Source of the DNA: Chara braunii
Lineage: Eukaryota; Plantae; Charophyceae
Length of the DNA: 64,000 nt
Assembly (NCBI GenBank): GCA_003427395.1
Contig: BFEA01000033.1
Span: 4,689,050 to 4,753,049 of the forward strand
Direction: 5' to 3'
This document shows, piece by piece, positions 47,846 to 61,905 of this stretch. Each line of letters begins with the position of its first letter. Position 1 is the stretch's first letter. The notes beneath the pieces are model-generated. The model did no database searches, was not told the DNA's origin, and worked only from the letters and a program-made list of their open reading frames with translations. The translations under genes were made by a program, and so were the position numbers.

Positions 47846-49210
47846 GTCGTATTCAACACGACTGTCGTCGCTCCCCGACAGTATCCGGTAGCGGACTACT
47901 TGGTTCAACATGTCGTGGGTATCGTCGTAAGCGACGGTTGTCGGGTTTATCACGATGACCGAAACTGCACACGCAAACACGACTCTGGCGGCCGATTGTT
48001 GTGCTTAACACGATGACCAAGATGTTAGCTGCCTGCGGGCATTACACTTTTGTGCGGCGGCTGTGGGCATCACATCCAAGTCCACTAGCCCGCATCTTCG
48101 AGACCGATAATGACTTGCGGAGACCGCTGTCTCCGTCACGGTCGTCGTGTCAAACACGACAAACCGCCGCTGGTGTGGCTTCGTCGTCTCGCAGCTCAAG
48201 GGCAACACACCCGCCTATGCCATGACCACAACTACACAACACATCGTGGCCGGATGGTCGTGTCGAACTCGACAACCACAACGCCTTGCTTCGGGCGTTA
48301 GACGTTGGGGATGGTTGTCGTGTTGAACACAACAACCAACGACAGTGCAGTACTTACACTGGTTTGTCGTGTTGAACACGACAACCGGCCACAGACTTCT
48401 GATTCCCAAGAGTCGTCGTCATTCAGGATGTTCAATCGTTGAAGCATTGTCTATGCCGAAACGTAAAGTCGGCCATACGACACCGTGGGGCTGGAGACGA
48501 CAACCACAGCTCCTTGCACTGCCATCAAACGTCTGTGACAAAGCCAGTCCAACACTGGTGCTCGCATACCGACGCCTCATGCCTGCGATAAGTCGTCGTT
48601 GCTGTCATGTTCGACACGATTGTCGTGTTAAACATGACAACCACAGCGGCTTGCTGCAGGCATTAGACATTTGTGTGAGGTTGTCGTGTTGAACACGACA
48701 ACCAGCGCCAGTGCAATATTGGCGCTGGACCTCAGACGTCTCATGCCAGCGCCTGGCCGCCGTGGTTGTCGTGTTCGACACAATGATTTGGCTTTGAGTT
48801 GTTGTATAGTCGTCGGCATTAAATATCCATTTCCACACGATCGTCTTCTTCGGCACGATCGTGTTGAAATGGATACCTTCTGAAACCTCCACAACACCAC
48901 GGGGTCTGGTCGTCACGTCTAACACGACAACCAAAACGTCTTTCCTTGACCATGGGATGTTCGCCGGAAGTTGCCGTGTTGAACACGACAACCAGCGCCA
49001 GTGACTGTGCTGGCTCTAGTTATCGTGTTAAACACGACGACCACCCACATACATGATCGCTTGCCAGCGGCCCCCAGGCATGATTGTCATGTTCAACATA
49101 CTCCAGCCGTTAGACCATTATGTTGGACACGACCGTCAAGGCGTTTTGTTGTTGAGTCCAACTCGCTTGAATCTGCTTTATCATGCGTTTGTCGTATTCG
49201 ACACGATAAC
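47846..49210. repeat. Dispersed array of the palindrome (GGTT)GTCGTGTTnAACACGAC(AACC)
   Basis: Copies at 47846, 47940, 47998, 48144, 48257, 48317, 48366, 48604, 48622, 48683, 48768, 48912, 48973, 49022, 49086 and 49191; perfect 25-mer at 48679-48703. Confidence 0.9.
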
Positions 49211-50399
49211 TGCTGCGCCAAAAGTGCCACGTGTCAGTCCCTAGTTGGAAATCGAGAATTGGGAGAGATTCTCACCGTTCAGCGTCTCCCTTCAGTTCCG
49301 ATGGTCCACTCCAAACGTACTCGACGCCTTCGGACTGCACCTCGATATCTCGATTCGTATCAGATGTCGTGCAATGAGTGACTCCACTCCCGACGAAATG
49401 CACTAATGTTCAGCTGTATTCTACGACAAGATTAGAGAGTGATGGCAAGAGAAGAAAGTGGAGGAGGAGGAATGTAGTCCGATGTATGGACGCGATGGCG
49501 GTGACGTGCGCAGAGAGCGTGCTGTCTTCTGCGACGCGACAAGAGACTGAAAGGGATAATGCCGAAGGAGGCTGCCCTATGCTGCTTATATACTGGGACG
49601 CTAATGCCGGAGGAGGGGTCCCACTGCTACTTCTATACTAGGGCGCCTGAATGGTCCCTCTAAGTGACAGTCGTCCGATCGAGTCGATCCGACAGTCGAT
49701 GGCTCTGTGGCGGACTGCTAGGACGGTCGGTTGCTTTTCGCTGGCCTCCGCACCGTCGTTGATTTGCGCTATGGCCAGGCTCTGTGCGACAGTAAAAATG
49801 AAACGGCGAAATAGAGGACAGGGCCCACTCCTCTTTATATACTGCGAAGCTTGTCTCCTCCCGCGAACCGTTGGTCATCCGTATGATTCGATCCGACGGT
49901 GCCGATGGACCTCTGCCGCTAAGGGTTTTCGCCGATGCCTCCTCCATTCAAACCACCTTCCACTCAAGCACGTCTCATTTCTCCATTCTCCATCGGCGCC
50001 GATCGGGTTTGCTGCAGCGATCACTTTCACGTTCTTCATCGTCGACGAAGGGGTTTGTCGCGGCGAGCAGTCATCCGTGACACTGGCCGAATGCTGGCCC
50101 CACTGACCGAGCAAAGCGCCTACTGTGGCGATCGTCGATCTCCTCCACACGAGCACTGGTCCGCTCTCCAGGTACACGAGTTGCCCCTCTAAAAGTGCCC
50201 AACATATAACTCTTCGGATCTCGTCTTGAAATCATTCGCGTGGAGTCTGCAGTAGTCGTGAAGTATCTGTTTGAGTCGGCGATATGTGTGATCAACGGCC
50301 ACGATATATCCTTCCATGCTTTTCATTTGATGACGTCAACAACATTGTTCTACCTTGACCGGAATGTGTCCCCTCTATCACCTTTCCAATGATGCGGTC

Positions 50400-50900
50400 A
50401 TCGTGTCGACCCCGATAACCCGCCCGGCAACATGCCCACAACATGCCCTGCATGAGGTGGTCGTCGTGTTCAATCCGATAACCAGTCGGGCAAGGACCCC
50501 TTTGCAACCAGCCCACAACATCCCCTGCATGAGGTGGTCGTCGTGTTGAACCCGATAACCAGTCGGGCAAGGACCCCTTTGGAACTAGTCGTGTGAGGTG
50601 GTCATCGTGTCCAACCCGACAACCAATCGAGCAAGGAGCCCTTCGCAACTAGTCGCGTGAGGTGGTCGTCGTGTCCAACTCGATAACCGGTCGGGCAACG
50701 AGTCCCTTTGCAACCAATCGCTTAAAGTGGTCGTCGTCGTGTGAGGTGGTCGTAGTGTCCAACCTGATAACTGGTCGGGCAAGGATCCCTTTGCAACCAG
50801 TCGCGTGAGGTGGTCGTCGTGTCCAACCCTGTAACCAGTCGAGCAAGGAGACCTTTGCAATCAGTCGCGTGAGGTGGCCGTCGTGTCCAACCCTATAACC
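50400..50900. repeat. 64-bp tandem repeat built around a variant of the same palindrome
   Basis: gtcgtgtccaacccgataaccagtcgggcaagg... at 50400, 50463, 50540, 50604, 50668, 50752, 50816 and 50880. Confidence 0.9.
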
Positions 50901-53900
50901 TTCCGACGGTGATCGTATCCTAAACGATGACTGACCCTTCTTGATATGTTTGTCGTGTTCGACACGATGAACCAACCTCAAGGTGACCAGTGGTCGCTGT
51001 GCAATCCAATGCCAGGCAGAGGTGGACGTGCCAACCATAATGCATGGTCTGTGTTCACCCTGGCACCGGTGATCACGTTTATGATGTGCTTGTCGTGTCC
51101 AACCCGAGAACCAGTCAGGATAAGGAACTCGTAAACCCGCCCTATCCGGCTCTCGTGGTGTGCCATGCATTGGATAACCAGTCAGGGGAACGCCTCTTTG
51201 GCGGTCATCGTGTCCAACACGAAGACTCAAACTCCCAGCATACATTGGTACTCATATTTGAGACGACGACGTGCCGACGGTCAATCTCCATCCAAAATCC
51301 CTCCCCCCGATTGGTCGTGTCGTGTAATCCGTGGTGAATGATCTGTGTTATCCTCCGTCTCGGAAAGCTATCTTGTGTTCCCTACAAGAGTGCCTTTGGT
51401 GGTCTCGACTTCGAACGGTTGATTGTTTGGCACATAGTGAAGGTTATTGAGGACGAGCAGTCGAGATAACACGTTGATGCAGCGAGTCGGGAAAGCTCTG
51501 GAACTGAGGGCTTTCCAAAGTGCTCGTGTTCAACACGACGAACATTGATTTGTGTCCAACCTACCAGCGGTATTCGTGTCCATGATGTTGTCGTCGTGTC
51601 CTTCCAGATAATCGGTTGGAAAAGATGCGCATACAACCCATGAATCTGGTTGTCATTGAATATCCGCAAAGGCCTGTCCGGTGATCATCGTATCCAACTC
51701 AAACACTGAACCTTTCCTCATGCATTGGCGCTTCTGTCCAAAATCACAACCTGCCTGCGATGGTTGTGCACCCAAGATGCATGCCAGCATTTGTCGTGTC
51801 GTGCCACCCGTGGTGCCTGAACTTCGTGCACAACGATGATCGTCACCAACAAGACAAACTACTCACGAATGAACGATGAATTTATGCATTGCAATAACGA
51901 GTTCAACACTCTTTCGCACAACTTGCACAACGCATTATGCACGCACTTCGACCGACAACCAAACTTCGTCCTCGGGCCCGTCAATATTTCGAGGTCGGTG
52001 CTTCATTACGGAAAGTTGTCGTTGAAAAAAAAATGTTACGGCTTGCGGGACAACGGGACCAGAAATGCAAGTGAATGCTGGAGATAGGCGTCAATCAACA
52101 AGAGTCGCCGCCTGTGAAAATGTTCATCCGGTCAATGGTGCATCACGCATCCGAGTAAATGACGGCTGATTGTTTCAAAATAATTGAGAGTGATGAATCA
52201 TAAATTGCGACAGGTGTTCACAAAACGTTTGCACGGTCGTCAATTCCTGAGACTCAAGACTGCCTCAATCTGTCGACTGCCCAGCACCGTAGAACATCAC
52301 ATTATGAGAGCACATGGGTGGCATTGCTTCTGAAACAATCTCTCGTGGTGTTCGGTGCATAGGGGACACGAGTCTGGGAAAGCTATCACGAGTCCCCTAC
52401 AAGAGTGTTTTTGGCGTTTCGGACTTCGGACCTTCGACTGTTTGGCACATACTGAAGGTTGTCAATGAAGAGCAGTCTCGACAGCATGCTGATGCTGTGT
52501 CTCGACAAAGCTAAAGAAATGAAGGTCTTCCAAAGTCGTCGTGTTCGACACGAATACGATGGTGGATGCCCGATAAGTATACCATGAAGATTGAGGATGT
52601 CCGACAGGATATTAACATCCGATGTCCTCGGGATGATGACGGTGAATTGGTTTCCGGGTGTCGCACACACTCGCGGAGCTGCTGCCGCCCCCAACCCCAT
52701 CCAAAAGGGAATAACAAGCAGACAGAGATCAACGGGTCAAATTCGTTAGCAACGACGTGAAAGGCCCCGGGGGAGGGGCGGGGGGGGGGGGCAGGGGGNG
52801 GTGTGATAAGGCCGCTCAAGCCCAAAATGACTGTAGGTAACGTCGAGCGAGGGTGGGTTGGGGTTTGACGCTCAGGCACAAATTACTGCATCTCGTTGCC
52901 AAGGCAGGGAGCAGACAAACGTTACCGAAACCAATTCCGATTACTCATAATATCAATACAAAAACGATCTATTGAACCAATCAAAGTAGGAGAACGGGTT
53001 CCTTAATTTTATGTACCTACATTTATGTATTGATGTTGATGAAATGGCCGCGTACCGACACTTTTAGCTACTGTGTTGTTACAGATTTCTAAGCCTGCTT
53101 GTGTTTTTTTTTTAGTTCCTCGTATTCGCTATACGTCTTTTTACCCTAAATTCGTTATTTCTCCATTCACTCAATGAGTTATGCAATTGATGAACAAATG
53201 TTTTGTTATGTTCGTCCCAACAACAACATGTTCATGCCTTGAATATTAACCCACTCATTTCTCCTCACAGACTCATTATGCATTGCGGCACTTCATATCC
53301 GCAAGCTGAATATGCAACGCTAGCAAGTTTAGACTGTGTGGCATCTAACACGGTATTGGATGAGAATTGTAATGCAGATATGCAAGACCTCGCTACGTAC
53401 TCTCATAGTTCCGAAGATGTAATTTGTGACAATACTTGCACCCCCGACTCACCTACTCGTAAAAGGGTGAGAGAATGTGAATTTGACGCCGCTACTTGCG
53501 AGAGTAGTTCCCCTGCAGTTCGACGTCTGCGACTGACGACATCACCCCAATCCAGTAATGCGGGTCATAATGTTGATGACTGTCACGCTGGCAGGTCCAC
53601 ATCTGATATAGACCGTATTCTTTGGGTGCCCAGAAATTCACTCCGGGATCCCGAACACGACATTCTCCATAATTCTCTTGAATTTCGACTCGCTAGAGAA
53701 TCATGCGAGGAAAGAGAAGTAGATGGTTGACGCTCAAGTGATTCAATTGGTTCTAGTGCCGATAATTCTCCCGATAAAGACAGTCCTCCAGGCAATGACG
53801 AAAACAGCAACTCCGAGCATTGTTGCCGAAATTCAGACGACAGTGACGACCTTGTTTCAGATTTTGATGATATGTTCCCATTAAGATTGTCATCGAAAAA

Positions 53901-53989
53901 ACGTTCGTATACTTATTGAAAGAGAATGACAAGATCCAACAACGCTTTAGAGTCCATTCACCAGAAGTTGACCAGAAAAGCGTTAGCAA

Positions 53990-56104
53990 GCGTTCGTGGG
54001 AAAGATTGTTCTAGACGAGAGTGTTGTGCAGACATAACATTAGATGACATCGAAGTTGTTCGAAATGCATATTATTCAAAGAACCACAAAAAATGAGATG
54101 CGTGGTGGATTGAGACTTTGAAAAGTTTCACATTCGTAGAAGATGGCAAGGAGTTAGTGCAACTCATTGTGGAAAAAAGAAAGGTGTGCATCAGTGCATG
54201 GTGCTTCACCTTAGGCGTCTGTAGAAATACATTTATAAAGAAACGGATGACCTTGTTGAAAGGTCATGTCATGCCAGAGCATGGCAGCACTGGACTCAGA
54301 CGCACATCTACTACCTATGCAGCAATGTATGGTAAATTGAAATTATTCATACGTGAAAATGGAGATTTCATGCCCAACGACATGAAGACGAGAAGTGGAG
54401 AATCGATGGTGGTTTTGAGATTGTCCGCCTACTACAATAAGTTGGAGATTTACAAGTTGTTGAAGACGCAATTTTACAATATGGACGTTTGCACTGTTTC
54501 TCTCCAAGTGTTTTATAACAAGTGGAGAACACACTTCCGGCATGCGAAATTTCATGATATTGATCAAAATTTTCCAAAATGTGAGAAGTGCGTAGAATAT
54601 AAAGAATCTATCAATTCTGCAAAATACACACGAGTGCGTGAGCATTTTATTTCTTTGCGTGACAAGCATTTGGACCTCCAGCTCCAGCATCGGGCGGCTT
54701 ATGAGGTGTGGAAGGATGAATCAAAGAGGTCGGCCTCAAACAGTTTGTGCATCATCGTTGACGGCATGAACCAAAGTAAGACCAGTATTCCACATTTCGG
54801 TGGAGAAAACATATCAAAAGCATTTGCGAATGTCCCAATGTTGAAAACAAACTTGACAGCGATCATCGCACACGCACGTTCCCCGTTTGTCCATGTTCAC
54901 ACGTGGTTTCCTTGCGACCCACACGACTCGAATATGCGGTTGTGTCATCCATCATGAAAGTCCTTTGTGACGTTCAAGCATTGAGCGGCTTGCCTCCAAC
55001 GCTCAGGATACAAACGGATAATTGTTGGAGAGAGAACAAAAATAGATATGTGCTAACGTTGGCCGCAACTTTGGTGAAAATCGGTTTCTTCAAAGAGGTT
55101 GAGTTTGGCTTCATGCTAGTAGGGCTCACACACACACCGATGTCGATGCCACTTTTAGTCACTTTTTCCGCAAGTTGAAAATGCATGACGCATACACTAT
55201 GGCCGATCTCTTTAAGCTTATTGTTGATTCCCAAATTGATCGACCGTCATGTACGTTCATGAACGAAATTGCGGACTGGAGAAGCGTTGTGAAACTTTTT
55301 TTAGTGAAGAGGTTGATAGGTCACACTCGTCCACATGCATTTAGATTTTTTATTGAGGATGATAACCTAGTGTTCCAGTGAAAGGAGTATTGCACGAGTC
55401 TTGAGTGGTCTTCGCCAGTTTACTGTTTTAAGAGAGATGAGAACAAGAGATATGCAAGACTGTAGTGACCTCTTCAACCAATCCCCGTCGATTGGTTACA
55501 GAACAAGCAACATGAGTGGATTGGAATGAAGGATGAGATAAACTGTTCGAAGGAGAGTGCGTTGTCATACTGGAAACAGTTTTTAGCAACAATTGAAGAT
55601 CTGTACGGGTCTCAATCTCGAAGAGTGTCGCTCAAGGATGGCTTCTGGTCGTCAATGGAAGGAATAGTGAAAGATGATTCACAGGACATTGATATTGCTT
55701 TCCTCGTAAAAAGTGATGAGAACAAAGAACCATTTTTTGTAGTACCGGTTAACGAGCGTCCTAAACCAGAGTAGAATCATGTAACAGACGTGGAAAAGGG
55801 TCAATTTGTTTTGTTACGTCCTTCACAAGACGACATTGACCAAGGTGTTCCTGTGTGGATGGGAAGAGTTGTTACTGCTGTTGACAACGACGTCAGATTG
55901 CCAACTTTCAACCATGTTCTCGTTGAATATTGGGTGTCGCAGCTTCTCGTGAAGAGTCTTGTTGTGCAATATACGAATGCGAGAAGAAGACATGGAAGTA
56001 AGACAAAACGTCACTTGAGCGGTGGCAGCATGCAGATTGCATTCTTTGGAGGTGGACATCAAAAATATCGCACTTGGAGAATGGACTGCACATTCCAAAA
56101 TTAG
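53990..56104 (+). pseudogene. Frameshifted DDD transposase, Sola1-like
   Basis: CEKC motif; IIVDGMNQSKTSIPHF; IQTDNCWRENKNRY; GFMLVG/HTHTDVDATFS across a frameshift at ~55125; PHAFRF; several stops. Confidence 0.82.
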
Positions 56105-57122
56105 CCAGAGAAAATGTTATGCCATGCCTTGGTTTTCTTAATGAAGAAGAACGATAACATTCCTGATGATGAAGACCGATTAGCGTAAGGCATGCCATCA
56201 GAACTTGTGGCATGTCATGCCTTGATCTTCCTGATAATGAAGAACGTTAGGTATCGTTTCTTTTAAATTTTTTTGTAATTTAAATTTTGTCTCATTCCAA
56301 GTACGATCATATGACTATATTTTGCTCTTTCATAGAATTTACAACCACTTGCGCCTATAAGATGGTTGTCCAATGACAATTTCATCGTTTATGGCGTTTA
56401 TTTCAAATGTTGTTTGAACCGTATTTCGTTGTTTCGCAGAATGGTCCAACCATTTGTGACGACTGGATGACGGCCCACCAACATTGTATGGGGAAGAAAC
56501 CTGTGGCGTGATATGGGAGCAATATTTTTCACTTTTGAAGTCCTTTTGGGAGGTTCATTAGTCAGTGTCCGAGGCGTGGATGTCGAACCGCACCATTGGG
56601 AACATTGTCTTCGGCAGCCTCTCTACATTTATGGTCGTCGGTGTTGCGAGTCGGGAATGTACCCGTGAGAAATGCTTGCACCATTCTCACAGTTGTTTTA
56701 CTCTGCGATGAAATTCTACTACAATAATTTGAAGGTTATGACATTGTTTTCTGCGACGGCATGTATCCAAGGACGTTACAAGGTATCATTTCTTATTTAT
56801 AACGATTATTCTATAGTTGCAAGCGCGTCTAATGCAGACAACATTGATGTGCGAAGGCGAGCAGAATTTCGGAGAGCGATTAGAAAACAGCCAATGTTGA
56901 AAACATTACTGGATGGCCTGATTGACACGACAATCAAATATCTCCGGCATCTTCTCTTGCGGGAATATGAGAGAATATATGCGCATGTACAATACAGGGA
57001 CCATGTACATCATGGACAAAATCATACCACTGTCTTGGAAGATTAGACAGTTTACACTAGAAGATAGGCTAAGTTAACTTTGTTAAGTTTGAAGTTTGAT
57101 GGCACAATGTTTCTTTTATTGC

Positions 57123-57440
57123 AAATCGGGGTGCTATCTGTCCAGGGCCCTTACCATTTTTTTTTTTTTTTTATGCACTCTGGTTCTCTATTTTTTTCTT
57201 AAGTGAGAACACTTTGAGATGTAAGGGGACCCTGCACATTATGGAGAAAATGATAGCCCTGTTTTTGAAGTCTTAACCCTTTGCAATAGAAGATAACCAA
57301 GTTGAAAGTATAACGATAGAAAAATATTTCTTTTACTGTAAATCGGGGTGCTATCTGTCCGGGGTCCTGACCGTGTTTTTATATTTCTCTTTATACACTC
57401 TGTTTTTTTTTTAAGTGACGACACTTGGAGATGTAAAGGA
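57123..57440. repeat. Imperfect ~217-bp-spaced direct repeat
   Basis: aaatcggggtgctatctgtcc...acactt.gagatgtaa at 57123 and 57340. Confidence 0.75.
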
Positions 57441-60400
57441 CGAAGGACCCTTTGGCGGGCATATGACAGTTACCCCTCTTCCAGGAAAGACACTTTAAAT
57501 TTCTTTTTTGCGGTATTTTCTATATTATTTTGAATGTTACTCATAAGTTTTTTGCTTTGCCCGGCACATGAAGTTTTCAAAGTCTCACAGGAAAGACATT
57601 TTTTCTTTTTCGGCATTCATATATCATTTTGAATGTTACCATGAAGTTTTGTTTTTTGTTACCAGCACTGACTGCCTAAGATTTTTATATGTTTCAAAGT
57701 TCGGTAAACTTTTCATGATTACATTCTTCATATATCGAAAAACCTCTTACCCTATTGGTAAATATCATTGTGTGTTTTGTCAAAAATTGACAATTTAGGT
57801 ATGTTCATTTTTTATGGACATTTCATTTTTCACGAAAACACCGTTTGACCTGTTGTGGCTTCATTCAGCAACGAACAATGTTGCCATTTAAAGGGTAAAC
57901 TTATAGGCTTTGCAAATCGCTCCGTCATGTCGTTCAGCCGGATGAGCAGTGCACCACCAGCAGGTAAGCATGCAGGCGTGTAGCTTACCCCATACACCTT
58001 TGACGGTTGGGATGAGCAACACTTCAACCAGCATGCAAGTCTTCAATCCCTGATTCGACAACGCCAACAGATTCTTCAAACAACAGTTCGTATAACAATA
58101 TATAATGAAAGTCTGGCCTCGGTTGTTTGGCAACAAGCAACGAAATGCAGAACTAGCAACAGAACACAGCAGTAGCAAACCGTTAGCAACGTACCACCGC
58201 ATAGGCACAACTTGACTGTGCTGCAATCTTCGGGATACGGGCAACTCGTGATTAGGCCGACACACATTCAGAATCTCCTTCCAACAGTTATAGTTAATCG
58301 GGCGGTACACCTGCAGACAATCCCATTGCAAGTGCTAGTGCGCAGCTTGGTGTCGCAGTTTAACTTTCGGTCTACCTCGCATAGTCACTTTTTGAGGTGA
58401 GTATCCCCCTTCATATCCCCCCACTGTTCTTCTCTTCCTGCCAACAGTGAGTTCAAAAATGTTTTTTGATTGATCGACAATTTGTCCTTAAAGCATTGTG
58501 ACTTCGAGATTGGTTAGAGCAATGTACATGATGGTGGGGCGACTCTGCTTCAGATACGAACTTCATTCGGCAAAACGGTCACGATGGAGGTGAACAACAC
58601 CGAGTCTTTTTCAGTCGAACAAGATTATCACGTATATGATTTATAAAACGAGCACAACGTGCATCTTCTATCGTCTCACAAAAACTAACTTCTTAGATCT
58701 TAGATCTAACTTGAACAACTGCATCAGATTAACCCGACATTGAAACCTCTACACTGCAACCCTCTCCGCTAGATGTGCAAAATGAGGATAAATTTATCGC
58801 AAAAACACGACCAATTATGCCACGCTCCCTTTTATACTCCCCAGATGTTTTGAAAAGAAATCCCGGTGTGAATAAGGAGCTGTCAGGTGCAGAATGCTCC
58901 CGCACGTATTCGGGAGAGAGATCTTTCGTCATGGGATGACAAAGAAAAGTCGAAATGAATCTTTTCTGAATCTTTCCATTAAAAAATGAAAAGATTCATT
59001 CTCGTTTTCACAACTTCCCACTTCTTTCCGCACGCAGCCACTGCATCTTGTACTGCCAAAATTGTTGCCCCGACTCCAATTAAGACGTCGCCGTCACAAT
59101 CGCAACATAAAAAACCCTTTGAAACGGATCTTCGCTTGCCCGTTTTCATCGAGAAACGAGTGAGTTAAGCGATTTTCACTCCCACCATAGTCACTCTTCC
59201 GTTATCACCGCGCACTCGTTTTCTCTACTAACTCCCGTTATAGACCTCCACTCACCATTGTAACACTCCCATCAGACTCGCCCGACCTCAAAACCCCAAA
59301 ATCTTATCTTTTCTTACTCAAATTCATTCACGAACGAGTGAGATATGCTCGTTCTCCTCTTCTCTTTTCCCCCTTCCGCCATATCTCCGCGCAACACTTT
59401 TTCTATCCAACTCTCTATCTACTACACTATCGCCAAAACTAACACTACCACTACAGTCACCCAATCCAAGAACCCCATGTTCGTATTGTTCACTGCCCTG
59501 ATCCATGAAGGAACAACAGTGCATTGGCAATAACTTTTTGCACCCGCCCTTGTGTTTGCTTCCACCATCTTCACTGTTGAGTGCACCCAGCGCGGTATGT
59601 CGTCCAGGTCCATCCAACTTTTCTCCTGGCCTTCGTCGTCTCTCAGTGACTATCAAACAACGCGCTAACCCAGACACCTCGACGGAGCCGCTCAACATAA
59701 ACAGCAAGTCGGTGATCGTGACCGTCGAAATCCCCAAAGGAGTGTGCAACAACTTCCTATGCCAGCTCTATCATCCCCAAAGTGGATGGCGTTGCAGCAC
59801 CCGGCCTACGCTCGGCCGTCTGGGTAACTCCAATGCCTTGATGAGTAGAAGGGCGCAGGGCTTGCTGCGTAGTCTACAACGTAAGCCTCGATGGGTCGGG
59901 TCCCAATGTAGATCTTGGGGGTAGTAACGAATATTAAATGAGAACTTTGAGGTTTGCAGTGCAGGGGAGTCTTATGGGAACAGCCGCTGCAACCAGTATT
60001 GTTGCAGGCCTCCCGACAGTGCCCTGGACCGCCTGTGTCGGGTCCCGACGGCAAGCTCACACTCAACCTCTCACGATGGATGGTGGGTTGGCGGACGGTG
60101 CACCCACAGTGAGCCCCACCACCCAGGCTTCCCCTTGCCTCACGGGCCAGGCTCCTACCGGGCCTGTTGAAAGGGGCGCGTGCCCAAGGTCCTCGACTGC
60201 CTTGATGACCCCTATATCTGGCATTCCACCTGATTAAAAAAAAGGCTGAAACACAAAATTAAATAATAATAACAATAGTAATAAAGAGGGTTTAAAATAA
60301 ATATTTAAATACAAACGTCGAAACTAGGGGCGAGGAAAAAAAATTGCTAATATTGCTTCGTCTCTGATGGCGGCAAAACCAAGGGGGATAGCCTTGCTGG

Positions 60401-61853
60401 ACCCTCAACCCCTCGGTCCCTTGGCGACGCTCCAATACTCCTGTGTCGTCGCCCGCTGGTCTCGATCCCCGAGTCTCCCTGACAAAAGTCTGACACCATA
60501 ACCAATAGTGATAAGCCCAAGGTTGAGCCTAGTACTAACGGACACCTATGTAAGTTGCGCCCTCGGCCTATCAACTAACCCCACGACAGTCAACCTTCCT
60601 CGTCCAGCGTGCGGCCGCTCGTCCTCTGCACGTACACATATATCACGGTCAAGTGCACCAATCAAGAGACAATTGTTTTTTAATACTTTTTTTTTTTTTT
60701 TTTTTTTGACAATTGCTTTTTAATCCTAGTTTAATCAGAGACAAAAATTTGGCCGGCAACCACGCCGGCTTTACAATCGTCAATGAAAAGAGAGATAATG
60801 GGAGTCTGAAGTTTGTGTGCCTATACACTCTCTATTTTAGTCAACCATTCATTCAGCGTAAAGAACAAACACAGTCATGGCTCGAGCGGTGTACTTGATC
60901 CTTAAACCAAACTTGTTTTCTGTCATTTGCAAAAACAAAGGCGGATACCCTTGTAAGGGTATTTGCACCGACATCGCGTTGGGTAAAGGTTAATAACATA
61001 AGCAAAAACATAAGCAAATGCATAGACTGACCAAATGGATAACCAAATCCGTATAATCGGAGAGACTCTGCTTGGGGTTCAGTATTTTTATTATGCGGCG
61101 CCCCTTCGGCGAGCAGGAGTTGTACCTGCACCTCCTGTATGACTCATAGGGATACTTTTTTTATACTACCGCCTTATGTTAACTTCAGTATTCAAGTACT
61201 AGCTTCTTCCATTTGTCATAGACGCATTCCAATTTTGATTGAGTGTCGTCTGAGTTGGGTTTGCAAGCAACCCTCGTCTTTGGCCGCGGGCTGAAATTAA
61301 GACAACTTCTATGAGTGGGGCAAATTGCAGCACTTAATGATAGCGCAGGTAGCCCACCCCTCTTGAGTAGCTCAAAGTGATTCAAAGCATACTCCCTTAA
61401 GTAGCTCAACCCTGCAATCAAAATTTATTGCAAGTAACATACTCCTTTGGATAACTTAACCACATAAAAAGCATACTCCCTCTTGAGAAGCTTATACTTG
61501 TGACTGACATAGTACTGCACGTAGTCAATTTCACGCAGGTTTTAAATCAAACACAACCCAACCTGGTGTATAGTCACAGGTGGGTTACAGTCTTGCCCTC
61601 AACCCACCATAGTTTGGTTAATCGAACCAAACTACGGCTTATCGCGTCATTAAGTCACCATGTTGCCTACATTGTGTTGCGCAATGCTAAGGTGACTCTC
61701 TGACTTTTTGGACGTAAGTACCCCCCAACAATTGCCCTAGTTGGAGCTTTTGGAGTAACTCGATACTTGACTTAATTATTTAGTTTCCCTCATACTTATA
61801 ATAATAATAGTAAAATTTATAGTAGAAATAATAATAGCAATAATCATAGCAAC

Positions 61854-61905
<52 letters not shown>

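Noticed and set aside
47834-51669. VVLNTT/SCRTR repeat proteins or a true CRISPR
   Set aside because: The peptides appear on both strands because the DNA motif is palindromic; frames are short and spacing is irregular.
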